64,000 nucleotides of DNA from an uncultured Candidatus Saccharibacteria bacterium (GCA_964423025.1 CAYRDH010000001.1:2500-66499); one strand, 5' to 3'. Positions 18,346 to 27,079 are shown, counted from the stretch's first letter. Numbers and translations are program-made. Notes: generated by a model from the letters alone, not told the origin.

Positions 18346-20136
18346 TTATTTATTTTTCTTATTACCATTTTGGTTAGAAAAAGATTCTTTGTTACGGATC
18401 TCCTCTTTTAGGTTGTCTATGAACTCTTGGGTTTTCATTAATCCCTCTTCTCTGTTATTTCGGGCTCTAATAGATACAGTCTCCGTCTCTATTTCTTTGT
18501 CGCCAACCACTACAATATAAGGAATCTTCATTTTCTCTGCATCTCTGATTCTGGATTGCATACTCTTGCTTCTGTTATCTATCTTTACTCTTATTTTGGC
18601 TTCCTTTAGTTGTTCGAATACTTCGTTAGCATATTCTGTGTGCTTTTCTGAGATGGGGATTATGTAAACTTGTTCAGGAGCTAACCATAGAGGGAAATCT
18701 CCACCGTGATGCTCTATTAAGAATGCAAAGAATCTCTCAAAAGAGCCAATGAGTGCTCTGTGAATTACAAATGGTTGTTTTTCCTCTCCATCTGAATCAA
18801 CATATGTGATTTCAAATTTCTCTGGGAGATTGAAGTCTAGTTGTATTGTAGATACAGAGTCTTCTTTACCAAAGACATTTACTGCTTGGACATCAATCTT
18901 TGGTCCGTAAAAAGCAGCATCTCCAGGTACTTCTTCAAAGACAGCCTTTCTGTCCATTAAGACTTTCCTTAGAGTTTCTCCAGCTAGTTTCCACTTCTCA
19001 GGATCTCCGGCATATTTGTCAGGGTTTGCTTCCTTGTCAGAGAGTGAGAGTCTATACTTGTAATTGTCAAAACCTACGTCCTTGTAAAAGATTTCAAGGA
19101 GGTCGAAAGTTTCGTTTATTACCTCTTCTAGTTGTTCTGGAGTACAGAATAGATGGGCATCATTTTGGGTAAATCCTCTAACTCTTTGGAAACCATGTAG
19201 CTCCCCTGATTTTTCATATCTATATACAGTTCCAAATTCTCCAAGTTTGTATGGTAATTCTCTATAACTTTTTGGAGTTAGTTTGTAAACCATCATAGCT
19301 GCTGGACAGTTCATAGGTTTTAGATAATAAGTCTCGTCTTCTATCTCAATGGGGGCGTACATAGATTCTTTGTAGAAACTAAGGTGTCCTGAGGTTTCAA
19401 ATAGCTCTTTTTTATTGATATGGGGAGTTAGGATATGTTCATATCCTGCACCTCTTTCAAGCTCAAGCATGTAATCTTCTAAGATTGTTCTTATCATGTA
19501 GCCTCTTGGAAGCCATACAGGTAATCCCTGCCCTATTTCATTAATAATGGCAAATAACTCTAATTGCTTACCTAATTTCCTGTGATTTCTTTTTTCTAAT
19601 TCTCTTTGATTCTCTAGATATTTCTGAAGTTCTTCCTTAGTTTCAAAGGCAGTTCCGTATAGTCTAGTTAACATCTTGTTCTTTTCATCTCCTCTCCAGT
19701 ATGCTCCAGCAGTTTTGGTTAGTTTTACTGCTCCAATCTCTTTGGTTGAATCAACATGAGGTCCTCTACAGAGGTCTGCGAAGTCATTATCTCCAGTTAC
19801 ATAGAAACTAAATTTGTCGCCTTCTAATTCTTTAAGAAGTTCCAATTTATACACCTGGTCAGTCTTTTTAAGATATTCTTCAGCTTCCTTTCTGCTCATC
19901 ATTATCTGTTTGAATGGAAGATTTTGTTTTATTATCTTCTTCATCTCCTTTTCAATCTTTTTAAGATCTTCTTCCTCGATTGGTTCTGCAAATTCAAAAT
20001 CATAGTAGAAGCCATTTTCAATTGCAGGGCCTATACCGAGCTTGGTGTCAGGATAGAGTTTTAGTACTGCCTGAGCAAGAACATGTGAGGCAGAGTGTCT
20101 CATTTTTTCTAATTTTAATTTTTGTTCAGAATCCAT
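18346..20136 (-). CDS. thrS: Threonine--tRNA ligase (no N-terminal TGS domain)
   Basis: Starts at the second-additional-domain HxxxH motif (RHSASHVLAQAV). Class II core motifs are present (RGFTQNDAHLFC, GPKIDV, HRALIGSFERF), with a C-terminal anticodon-binding domain. Confidence 0.95.
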   Translation of the reverse strand: MDSEQKLKLEKMRHSASHVLAQAVLKLYPDTKLGIGPAIENGFYYDFEFAEPIEEEDLKKIEKEMKKIIKQNLPFKQIMMSRKEAEEYLKKTDQVYKLELLKELEGDKFSFYVTGDNDFADLCRGPHVDSTKEIGAVKLTKTAGAYWRGDEKNKMLTRLYGTAFETKEELQKYLENQRELEKRNHRKLGKQLELFAIINEIGQGLPVWLPRGYMIRTILEDYMLELERGAGYEHILTPHINKKELFETSGHLSFYKESMYAPIEIEDETYYLKPMNCPAAMMVYKLTPKSYRELPYKLGEFGTVYRYEKSGELHGFQRVRGFTQNDAHLFCTPEQLEEVINETFDLLEIFYKDVGFDNYKYRLSLSDKEANPDKYAGDPEKWKLAGETLRKVLMDRKAVFEEVPGDAAFYGPKIDVQAVNVFGKEDSVSTIQLDFNLPEKFEITYVDSDGEEKQPFVIHRALIGSFERFFAFLIEHHGGDFPLWLAPEQVYIIPISEKHTEYANEVFEQLKEAKIRVKIDNRSKSMQSRIRDAEKMKIPYIVVVGDKEIETETVSIRARNNREEGLMKTQEFIDNLKEEIRNKESFSNQNGNKKNK

Positions 20137-20287
20137 AATAAAAATATTTACTTAACTTAATATTGGGGAAAAAACGATAGCATTAGAAAAGAGGTGTTGA
20201 AAAAACAATTTTACACAGTTTCTCTTTTGTTTTACCGAATTGTTTATACATTAGTGCTATTTTATATTTTTAATACCTATTTTGCAA

Positions 20288-21022
20288 TTACTTTACTATA
20301 TAGAAGGATATTGTGTTTAGTCCGAAGTTGTAGGAGTCTAGAAGTTTTATGTGATCTAGGGAGAGTTTCTCGAGTGGGTATTTCTTAGGGTGTTTTAGTA
20401 TTAGGGCTCCTTTGAATTTCTCCTTAGTGCCCTGTACACCTGGAAGAAGATTTGATGCCATATTTATTATTTCCTCCATTTTGTAAGTTTTCTTTGTGTT
20501 ATATAACTTATATGGTGGATCCATAAATATTATGTCAAAGGTCTCTTTGTTTTCTTCGTTGTTCTTTTTGTAAAGATACTCCCCTACTTTAGATTTAATA
20601 ACCTCAGAATCTAATAGTAAGCCTGTACTGGTAATGTTCTTCTTTAATACGTAGATGGCATTTTTGGAAGCTTCCACGAATGTTGCATGCTCTGCTCCTC
20701 TTGAGAGTGCCTCTAGACCAAAGGAGCCAGTTCCGGCATATAGGTCTAAGACGTTCTTTCTGTAGATATCTTTTTGTAAGATGTCAAAGATTTGGACCTT
20801 CATCCTATCAGTCAAAGGCCTTGTAGTTTTAGGTATCTCTAGTTTGAAATTCTTTGCTCTCCCTGCAGTTATTCTAACGAAAGTTTTAATAGTGGGTTCT
20901 TTGTGTAGCATTTTCTCTCTCAGGAATACCTTTTCTCTCTCGTCAAATTCCTCCGGAGTGCTTACCTTCCACTTGTTCCGATCTTTTCTAAGTTTTTTTG
21001 CTGAGTCGTATTTTAAGCTCAT
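20288..21022 (-). CDS. rsmD: 16S rRNA (guanine966-N2)-methyltransferase RsmD family
   Basis: RITAGRAKNFKLEIP..TRPLTDRMKVQIFDIL, the SAM motif DLYAGTGSFGLEALSRGA, and IIFMDPPY. Confidence 0.85.
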   Translation of the reverse strand: MSLKYDSAKKLRKDRNKWKVSTPEEFDEREKVFLREKMLHKEPTIKTFVRITAGRAKNFKLEIPKTTRPLTDRMKVQIFDILQKDIYRKNVLDLYAGTGSFGLEALSRGAEHATFVEASKNAIYVLKKNITSTGLLLDSEVIKSKVGEYLYKKNNEENKETFDIIFMDPPYKLYNTKKTYKMEEIINMASNLLPGVQGTKEKFKGALILKHPKKYPLEKLSLDHIKLLDSYNFGLNTISFYIVK

Positions 21023-21074
21023 GGGGGTATTATACCCTATTTATAAGGATTTTTTAACTTAGGAAGTTTTGAAA

Positions 21075-23393
21075 CTATGGGGTGTCAAAGATAATTCCGC
21101 TAAATTGTAAGTTTTGGAATGTGGCGTATGATCCTGCGGTTGTAAAGTACCCTGTCCCCCAAGGACTTACTACATCTGTTGCATCCCAGAACCTAATTCT
21201 CCAGTGGTATGTTACACCCTCCATATTTAGTGCTGAGCCATTGTAGGTTATACTTGGGCATCTGGCTCCTTGTGTGGTTGTGCTCATGTATTGCTTGTTA
21301 GAATCCCACATTACTGTTCCTGTGAATGTCTCATTTGTGTTAACCTCAATCTCGTAATAGTTGGAGAAGTCATATTGATTCGGATCGTTGTATATTGCAG
21401 AGAATTCTGGGTCGGTATCGTTGACTCTTGGGTTGTTGGTAATCCCGTTTACTAGGAGTCCGGTTGGTGCTGTTGGTGTTTGGTTTGTCTCCATAGTGAA
21501 ACTTGACGTTGTTGACCAGGGGCTTACTGAACCTACGCTGTCCCAGAATCTAATCCGCCAATAATAGGTTAAGCCATTTAGAGAAAGGGTTGTTCCATCA
21601 TAGGTAATTTCTGGAGACCTTGAGCCTTTGTTTGTTGTTGCCATTGAGGTTTGTCCAGTATCCCACATAACACTACCGGTAAAGCTAGAATTTGTGTTGA
21701 CTTCTATCTCGTAATTTTCGGAATACTCCGTAAAGGAGAAGTGTGTAACACAATCATCTGAATCGTTAAATATTGCACTGAATGTTGGATCTAATATGCC
21801 TATGTCTATTGGGTTTACAAGGCTCTCAGTTAGTGGTTGTGTTGGTGCTGTTGGAGGGATGTTCATTTTAAAGTTAGCTGTTGCAGACCATCCGCTTACA
21901 GTACCATGCTCATCTGAAAATCTAATTCTCCAGTAATATGTAGTTCCATTGTAAGTTAGTGTAGTCCCTGCATACGAGATGGGGTCGACTCTGCTTCCGT
22001 CGGGCGTGCTTATACTGCCTGTAAGTCCACTGTCCCACATACTTGTTCCTAGAAAATCCGATTGAGTGTTTACTTGGATTTGGTATTGTCCAGCATTATG
22101 TCCGTCCGGGTCATTAAATATTGCAGTAAATTCTGGGGTCACATCAGTTACACATGTTGGATCCGTTTTTACCTCGGTCTCAAGATAGGTAGGTGTTGAG
22201 GGTGCTCTGTTCATAGTGAATTGGGCAGTAGAAGAGTAAGGGCTTGTTAGTAATGCTGCATCTGCCATCCTAATCTTCCAGTAGTATGTGGAACCGTCTA
22301 AACTTAGGGTTGAGCCAGCATATTCCAAATTGTCTTCAGTTCTTTGTCCTTGGGCAGTCTGTGTCATTGATGTGAGTCCACTATCCCACATACTCGTGCC
22401 ATCGAAAGTAGCTGCGGTATTCACAAGTATCTGATATTTTTCTGAATAGTCGCCGGTATCAGGGTCATTAAATATTGCAGAAAAATATGGTGTTGTGTCT
22501 GCAATAACCGCGGGGCTAGTCTTATCATTTACCCAAGGGCTTGTGGGTGCAGTTGGGGTTGAATTATCTGGGGTCCAATTAGCTCGAACTGTCATTGCTG
22601 CTGTAACAGAGCTACAAGTTCCAGTTGCACTGTTAAAAGTTCCTGCACAACTTCCGCTTGTTATTGTGAAGGAGGGGGTATCTAAAATGTAATCAACTCG
22701 AGTACAAGTTCCTGGTCCGCTCGAGGCACTTCCGTGATTTACTTGTTCACTTGAATTAGTACAAGATCCTCCATTCGAGTCATAGGTTACTGTGTAGGAA
22801 TTTATAGTCCAGTTAGCACGGATATAAATATCTGAAGTAATAGATGAACAAGCTCCTGTTGAAGAAGTGAAAGTACAGGTCCCCGATGTTTTGGTAAAGT
22901 CAACTAAGGTATAGTTATCCCTTGAGCAAGAGGGGGCAGCAGCAGATCCTCCTCTACAAATGTCCGTCCTACTGGTTGGTGTGCATGTACCGCTATTCCC
23001 ATCATAATACACATCATATGTTTCTAACCAGCAGGTTCTTGTTGAACTTCCACAAGAGCCTCCATAACAGTAGTATCTGGTGCAAGATGTTGTTGTAGTA
23101 GAACATCCCGTGTTTGTAGTTGTATAGCCTGTTGGACAACTGGGAGGGGTACAAGTTCTACACTCTCCTCTGTCGCAATACATAGTTGAACCTTGACAGT
23201 TACAACTTGCGGAGTTTGAAAATGGATCCCAAATACAGCCGTTGCACCCTACAGTACCACAACACCAATGGGAACAACAAGCAGCTTCTGTTCCTATTGG
23301 TTTTGAGAAATAAAAAAACAGAAGGGAAGTGAAAAGAAACAATATCCCAAGAAAGATCCTAAAATTTGTTTTTCTGTTCAATTTTATTCTCAT
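21075..23393 (-). CDS. Large secreted/anchored protein: N-terminal TM/signal, Cys-rich module, 2x Listeria-Bacteroides-type repeats, 4x GH78-N-terminal-like beta-sandwich repeats
   Basis: N-terminal hydrophobic segment FRIFLGILFLFTSLLFFYF. About 26 Cys in residues 38-262 (CCSHWCCGTVGCNGC..). YDVYYDGNSG...IRANWT and YTVTYDSNGG...VRANWT fit the Listeria/Bacteroides repeat pattern. Four repeats each carry F[ST]AI[FY]NDP .. Y[EQ]I.VNT .. MWD[ST]G .. Y.G..L...G.TY[YH]W[RK]IR .. S.[WY]. Confidence 0.85.
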   Translation of the reverse strand: MRIKLNRKTNFRIFLGILFLFTSLLFFYFSKPIGTEAACCSHWCCGTVGCNGCIWDPFSNSASCNCQGSTMYCDRGECRTCTPPSCPTGYTTTNTGCSTTTTSCTRYYCYGGSCGSSTRTCWLETYDVYYDGNSGTCTPTSRTDICRGGSAAAPSCSRDNYTLVDFTKTSGTCTFTSSTGACSSITSDIYIRANWTINSYTVTYDSNGGSCTNSSEQVNHGSASSGPGTCTRVDYILDTPSFTITSGSCAGTFNSATGTCSSVTAAMTVRANWTPDNSTPTAPTSPWVNDKTSPAVIADTTPYFSAIFNDPDTGDYSEKYQILVNTAATFDGTSMWDSGLTSMTQTAQGQRTEDNLEYAGSTLSLDGSTYYWKIRMADAALLTSPYSSTAQFTMNRAPSTPTYLETEVKTDPTCVTDVTPEFTAIFNDPDGHNAGQYQIQVNTQSDFLGTSMWDSGLTGSISTPDGSRVDPISYAGTTLTYNGTTYYWRIRFSDEHGTVSGWSATANFKMNIPPTAPTQPLTESLVNPIDIGILDPTFSAIFNDSDDCVTHFSFTEYSENYEIEVNTNSSFTGSVMWDTGQTSMATTNKGSRSPEITYDGTTLSLNGLTYYWRIRFWDSVGSVSPWSTTSSFTMETNQTPTAPTGLLVNGITNNPRVNDTDPEFSAIYNDPNQYDFSNYYEIEVNTNETFTGTVMWDSNKQYMSTTTQGARCPSITYNGSALNMEGVTYHWRIRFWDATDVVSPWGTGYFTTAGSYATFQNLQFSGIIFDTP
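21138..22562 (-). repeat. Four tandem protein-domain repeats, roughly 115-135 aa each, inside the 772-aa surface protein
   Basis: Repeat cores begin at about residues 301, 419, 535 and 661 (TPYFSAIFNDPD / TPEFTAIFNDPD / DPTFSAIFNDSD / DPEFSAIYNDPN). Each ends in YYW[KR]IR..D....VS.WS-type strands and is separated by P/T-rich linkers (TAPT). Confidence 0.85.
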
Positions 23394-24007
23394 TATTTTT
23401 TACTTTTCTTTTTCCCTCTATTTTCCCCCCCTTTTTTCGCAGTTAATGCTCCCAATACCCATCCTAAAGCCAATGACAGAGGGACTAAGATAATAGGGAC
23501 AATGTATGAGGTCTTTGTTTCTGTAACAATCTTAATTATATTGTTTCTGTCAGCTAAGGGATCCATCAATGAATCAGAATCTCCTAAGACAAGAGTTAAT
23601 ATTATGTCTGTTTCTTCCAATTCCCCAACTCCTGCCCTTACTGCATACTGTCCATCCTCCATGTTAGTTATGCTAAAGAGTACGAACCAATATCCGTTCT
23701 CTCCTGCTTTTGTTGTCAGTTCTTTCTCTCCGAAGTATACAAAGACCTCGCTCCCAGGCTCTGCACTTCCAGCAAGTCTGACAGCATCATCTTTTTCAAC
23801 TAAGGCTCTGTCTCTATTTATAATTTCCGCAGATTCATTATTAATCATCACGCTGAGCAAAACTACTGCAGGTTCGGTTTCTTCTTCAATTGTCCCTTCC
23901 TCCTGGGCATAAGCTTTCCTCTGTTGGGAAAAGTCCCCGAGGTTTAATAACCCGGTGGAAAAAATAGAGAAAGAAAAAATTAACACGGATAAAATTCTGA
24001 GAAGCAT
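23393..24007 (-). CDS. Type-I anchored surface protein with Ig-like/beta-sandwich domain and a Lys-rich cytoplasmic tail
   Basis: Signal-like N-terminus (ATG at 24007; the track's TTG is at 24016). Ectodomain motif VRLAGSAEPGSEVFVYFGEKELTTKAGENGYWFVLF. C-terminal TM IVPIILVPLSLALGWVLGAL followed by KKGGENRGKKKSKK. Its stop overlaps the start of the next gene by 1 nt (TAATG at 23391-23395). Confidence 0.75.
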   Translation of the reverse strand: MLLRILSVLIFSFSIFSTGLLNLGDFSQQRKAYAQEEGTIEEETEPAVVLLSVMINNESAEIINRDRALVEKDDAVRLAGSAEPGSEVFVYFGEKELTTKAGENGYWFVLFSITNMEDGQYAVRAGVGELEETDIILTLVLGDSDSLMDPLADRNNIIKIVTETKTSYIVPIILVPLSLALGWVLGALTAKKGGENRGKKKSKK

Positions 24008-24045
24008 ATTTAGCAAGGGTCAGTTTAAATATTTATAACTAGTTC

Positions 24046-24074
24046 ATTTTGTAATAATTTCACCAAGTTGTCAA
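24046..24074 (-). promoter_or_regulatory. Sigma70-like promoter candidate for the 24007..21075 gene pair
   Basis: On the minus strand: TTGACA (24074-24069), a 17-nt spacer, then CAAAAT (24051-24046), about 40 nt upstream of the ATG at 24007. Confidence 0.3.
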
Positions 24075-24114
24075 CAGCCCTCAGTGCTGGAAAAGATATT
24101 TGTAGAAAAGAATC

Positions 24115-24549
24115 TTACAACTTTGGAGCAGTGCTGTTTCCATAGAGGAAATATATGGTTTTCCCTTCTGCAGGGATTGAAGTAACTTTAACTGAAACCT
24201 TTGTATCTTCACTGTTGCATCCATCTACAGTGTTAGGTCTCCCCAGTATCTTAAAATCAAGGGAAGTTTCGTTGTCATCATCTAGGAATCGCATATCATT
24301 ACAGGTCGGTTGTAATTTCCCTAATTCAATTAATTCTTTGGTATTTATCCTTATCTCGACATCTTCTGTGAAAGTTAGTCTTCCTCTTTTGTTCTCTATC
24401 TTTATTCCCTTTCTGTAAAGCCAACTACTACTTTCCCCAGCAATCTTTGGGGTATCTAGGATGCTACTACTTTGGTCTTGAATCATTTTGACACTAATGG
24501 CAATAGTGACAAGCAATATTAAGATGGTAATTTTCTTTCCTAAATCCAT
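24115..24549 (-). CDS. Small membrane-anchored secreted protein, DUF2341-like beta-sandwich
   Basis: N-terminal TM ITILILLVTIAISV. The pattern WLYRKGIKIEN...EIRINTKELIELGKLQPTCNDMRFLDDDNETSLDFKI.....VSVKVTSIPAEGKTIYFLYGNSTAP matches my memory of the DUF2341 consensus (..D.RF.D.dg..L.y.i......vwVkvp.i.....iy.yYGN..a). ATG at 24549 is preferred to the TTG at 24567. Confidence 0.55.
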   Translation of the reverse strand: MDLGKKITILILLVTIAISVKMIQDQSSSILDTPKIAGESSSWLYRKGIKIENKRGRLTFTEDVEIRINTKELIELGKLQPTCNDMRFLDDDNETSLDFKILGRPNTVDGCNSEDTKVSVKVTSIPAEGKTIYFLYGNSTAPKL

Positions 24550-24599
24550 AACGATATATTGTAGCAAAAAGAAAGAGAAAGTTTTTGTAATGGAGAATA

Positions 24600-25058
24600 C
24601 TAGCTATTCCTGGTGATTTCATAAAGCACTGTGGTAGCACAGTTTGCTACATTTAGAGATTCTTTCATGCCTCTCATAGGAACCATTATCTTTTCTGTAG
24701 AAAATTCGCCTAGGATTTTTTCATCTACACCTTTTTTCTCATGGCCGAAGACAAGGGCTACTTCCTCTGGGTAATCTATCTCCTGAAAGTTCTTTGCATC
24801 TTCTGTAAGTTCGACAGAATATATTGGGATATTCATACCTCTAATATCTTCAAGGGCATCTTCGGTAGTGTCGTAGTGTTCCGAGGGAACCATCTCTGTT
24901 GCTCCTAGGGCGGTCTTTTCTAATTTCGGGTTATCTATGTCTGCAGTTATTCCACATAGATATATCTTTTCTACTTGTCCTGCACCGTCCGCAGATCTGA
25001 ATATGCTTCCTACATTGAACACAGATCTTATATTGTCTAAAACTATGTGTATTTTCAT
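24600..25058 (-). CDS. SpoU/TrmH-family (SPOUT) RNA 2'-O-methyltransferase
   Basis: Small size (152 aa), N-terminal IVLDNIRSVFNVGSIFRSADGAG, and C-terminal knot region IMVPMRGMKESLNVANCATTVLYE. It overlaps recG by 4 nt. Confidence 0.8.
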   Translation of the reverse strand: MKIHIVLDNIRSVFNVGSIFRSADGAGQVEKIYLCGITADIDNPKLEKTALGATEMVPSEHYDTTEDALEDIRGMNIPIYSVELTEDAKNFQEIDYPEEVALVFGHEKKGVDEKILGEFSTEKIMVPMRGMKESLNVANCATTVLYEITRNS

Positions 25059-27079
25059 CTAAATATGTTCTCTAAGATTTTTTCTGGATTATTATCTTCT
25101 TTAAGCTCTTTTTTTGCAAGCTTTCTAGCCTTGCTAAGTAATTTGAGGTCATGTATGGAAGCTACTTTGAAGTTAGGGACTCCCGATTGTCTTAAGCCAT
25201 AAACTTCTCCTGGTCCCCTACTCTCCAGATCATATTCCGCAACTTCGAAGCCACTGTTATGATCTGCGAAGTAGATCAATCTTTCCTGGGAAGGAGAATC
25301 TTTTTCTACATTAGGACTGGGGATAACAAAGCAGTAAGATCCCTTTTCTCCTCTACCTACTCTTCCTCTTAATTGGTGTAATTGTGCTAGACCAAATCTC
25401 TCTGCATCTTCTATAACCATTATTGTTGCATCTGGAATATCTATTCCAACTTCTATTACTGTGGTGGAGACCAAAACTTGTATCTTTTTATCTCTGAAAT
25501 CTTTTAGCAGTTTCTCCTTTTCTTTTTCTTTTAGTCTCCCATGTAAGAAATCTACATTTAAGCCCTTAAATAAATTTTTAAGATATTCTACTTCTACCAA
25601 GACCGCCTTTGCATTAAGTTTCTCAGATTCCTCTATTAGGGGGTATATTACAAAGGCTTGGTCTTCGTAAGTGCTATTCTTTCTGCTCTCTTCGATTTTA
25701 TTTTTTATCCAATTAAAGCAATCCTCTCGCTTTCTGTATGGGGTAAAATATGTTTCTATCTCTTTCTGGTATCTTGGTTTCTGTCTTATTTCAGAAACGT
25801 CCAATCCACCGAAGAATATCTCTGTAAGACTTCTTGGTATTGGAGTTGCCGTCATTGTTAGATGGTGTGGAGATCTCTTAGTTTTTTCTTTGAAATAATC
25901 TCTCTGTTCTACACCAAATCTGTGTTGCTCATCAATTATTACTAGATTCAGATCTTTTGGGAGCTCCTTTTCATAGAGTATTGCATGTGTTCCTATGATA
26001 AGTTTGTTGTCTGCTTTTCTAATTATTTTTTTTGTTGATATACAGAGTTCAACGTCTATATCAAAATTGCCAAATAATCTGTTGAAAGTCTCGTAGTGCT
26101 GTTTCGCAAGGACTGTGGTGGGAGCAATCAATATGCTGGAGTAACCATTTTGAATTGTATTTAATATTGCTACTGCTGCGACTACTGTTTTACCACTCCC
26201 AACATCTCCGTTTAGTAAGCGATTCATAGGTTTCTTTTTGCTTGTATCCTGAAGGATTTCTTCTATAGCGGTATTTTGATCATCGGTTAATTCAAAGGGG
26301 AGAGATTTTATGAAGTTGTTTAATATGGGAGACTTTATTTCCATTGCTTCACTTACCTCTTTTTCTTGTTTAAGTTTTTGTGCTTCTATTTTGAATGCAA
26401 TTCTAAGCATTTCGTCAAAAGCAAGTCTCTTTCTTCCCTCTTCAACAGCCTCTTTCTCTTTGGGGAAATGTGTTTTCTCAAGAGCTTTATCTAGGGGGAG
26501 AAGATTGAACTTCTCTAAGGATTCCTTGCTAAGGGGGTCTTTAACTAACTTGTCAAAACCACCTGTTTCTTTCTCTAAGGTTTTTATTTTGGATCTGATA
26601 ATCCTAGAGCTTAAGCCTTTTGTCTCTGGATATATTCCTACCAGCTTCCCGAGGTGTGTTTGGTTCTGCGGATCTTCTTTGAACTTTTCAAATTTGGGGT
26701 TATATATACTCTTGCGATTCCCTTTTTTAGTTATCTTTGCACTGAAAAGGTAGATGTCTCCCTCTTTAAGTGTTTTTTGTAAGTATGTCTGGTTAAAATA
26801 AGTAAGGCTTAAAGATCCTGTGTCATCTTTTACTCTTACTGTCGTAATCTTTTTCTTGAAATATGCGGTTGTTACTTTTTCTATCTCTGCAAGAAAGGTC
26901 CCCTCCCCTCGTCCTTTGAATTCTTGAATACTAATAATGGAGGATGTGTCTTGGTATCTAAGAGGGATGTGAAATAAAAGATCCTCGACAGTTTCTATAT
27001 TTAGTTTAGAAAATTTTTCTGCCTGTTTTTCTCCAATTCCTTTTATTTCTGTTATTGGACTTTTCTTGGAGAGGCTCAT
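25055..27079 (-). CDS. recG: ATP-dependent DNA helicase RecG
   Basis: Wedge/OB N-terminal domain. Helicase motifs GDVGSGKT, IIDEQHRFGV, MTATPIPRS and QLHQLRGRVGRG. Confidence 0.95.
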   Translation of the reverse strand: MSLSKKSPITEIKGIGEKQAEKFSKLNIETVEDLLFHIPLRYQDTSSIISIQEFKGRGEGTFLAEIEKVTTAYFKKKITTVRVKDDTGSLSLTYFNQTYLQKTLKEGDIYLFSAKITKKGNRKSIYNPKFEKFKEDPQNQTHLGKLVGIYPETKGLSSRIIRSKIKTLEKETGGFDKLVKDPLSKESLEKFNLLPLDKALEKTHFPKEKEAVEEGRKRLAFDEMLRIAFKIEAQKLKQEKEVSEAMEIKSPILNNFIKSLPFELTDDQNTAIEEILQDTSKKKPMNRLLNGDVGSGKTVVAAVAILNTIQNGYSSILIAPTTVLAKQHYETFNRLFGNFDIDVELCISTKKIIRKADNKLIIGTHAILYEKELPKDLNLVIIDEQHRFGVEQRDYFKEKTKRSPHHLTMTATPIPRSLTEIFFGGLDVSEIRQKPRYQKEIETYFTPYRKREDCFNWIKNKIEESRKNSTYEDQAFVIYPLIEESEKLNAKAVLVEVEYLKNLFKGLNVDFLHGRLKEKEKEKLLKDFRDKKIQVLVSTTVIEVGIDIPDATIMVIEDAERFGLAQLHQLRGRVGRGEKGSYCFVIPSPNVEKDSPSQERLIYFADHNSGFEVAEYDLESRGPGEVYGLRQSGVPNFKVASIHDLKLLSKARKLAKKELKEDNNPEKILENIFR

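Noticed and set aside
20137-20388. Possible T-box or other leader upstream of thrS, and the 64-aa ORF at 20194-20388.
   Set aside because: I could not find the conserved T-box sequence or a specifier/antiterminator architecture. The ORF overlaps the rsmD 3' end and is low-complexity.
21075-23393. Repeats in the 772-aa gene as possible DGR template/variable repeats or a recently expanded contingency locus.
   Set aside because: The four units are strongly diverged at both protein and DNA level. No adenine-specific mismatch pattern between near-identical copies is visible, and no reverse transcriptase is present in the window.
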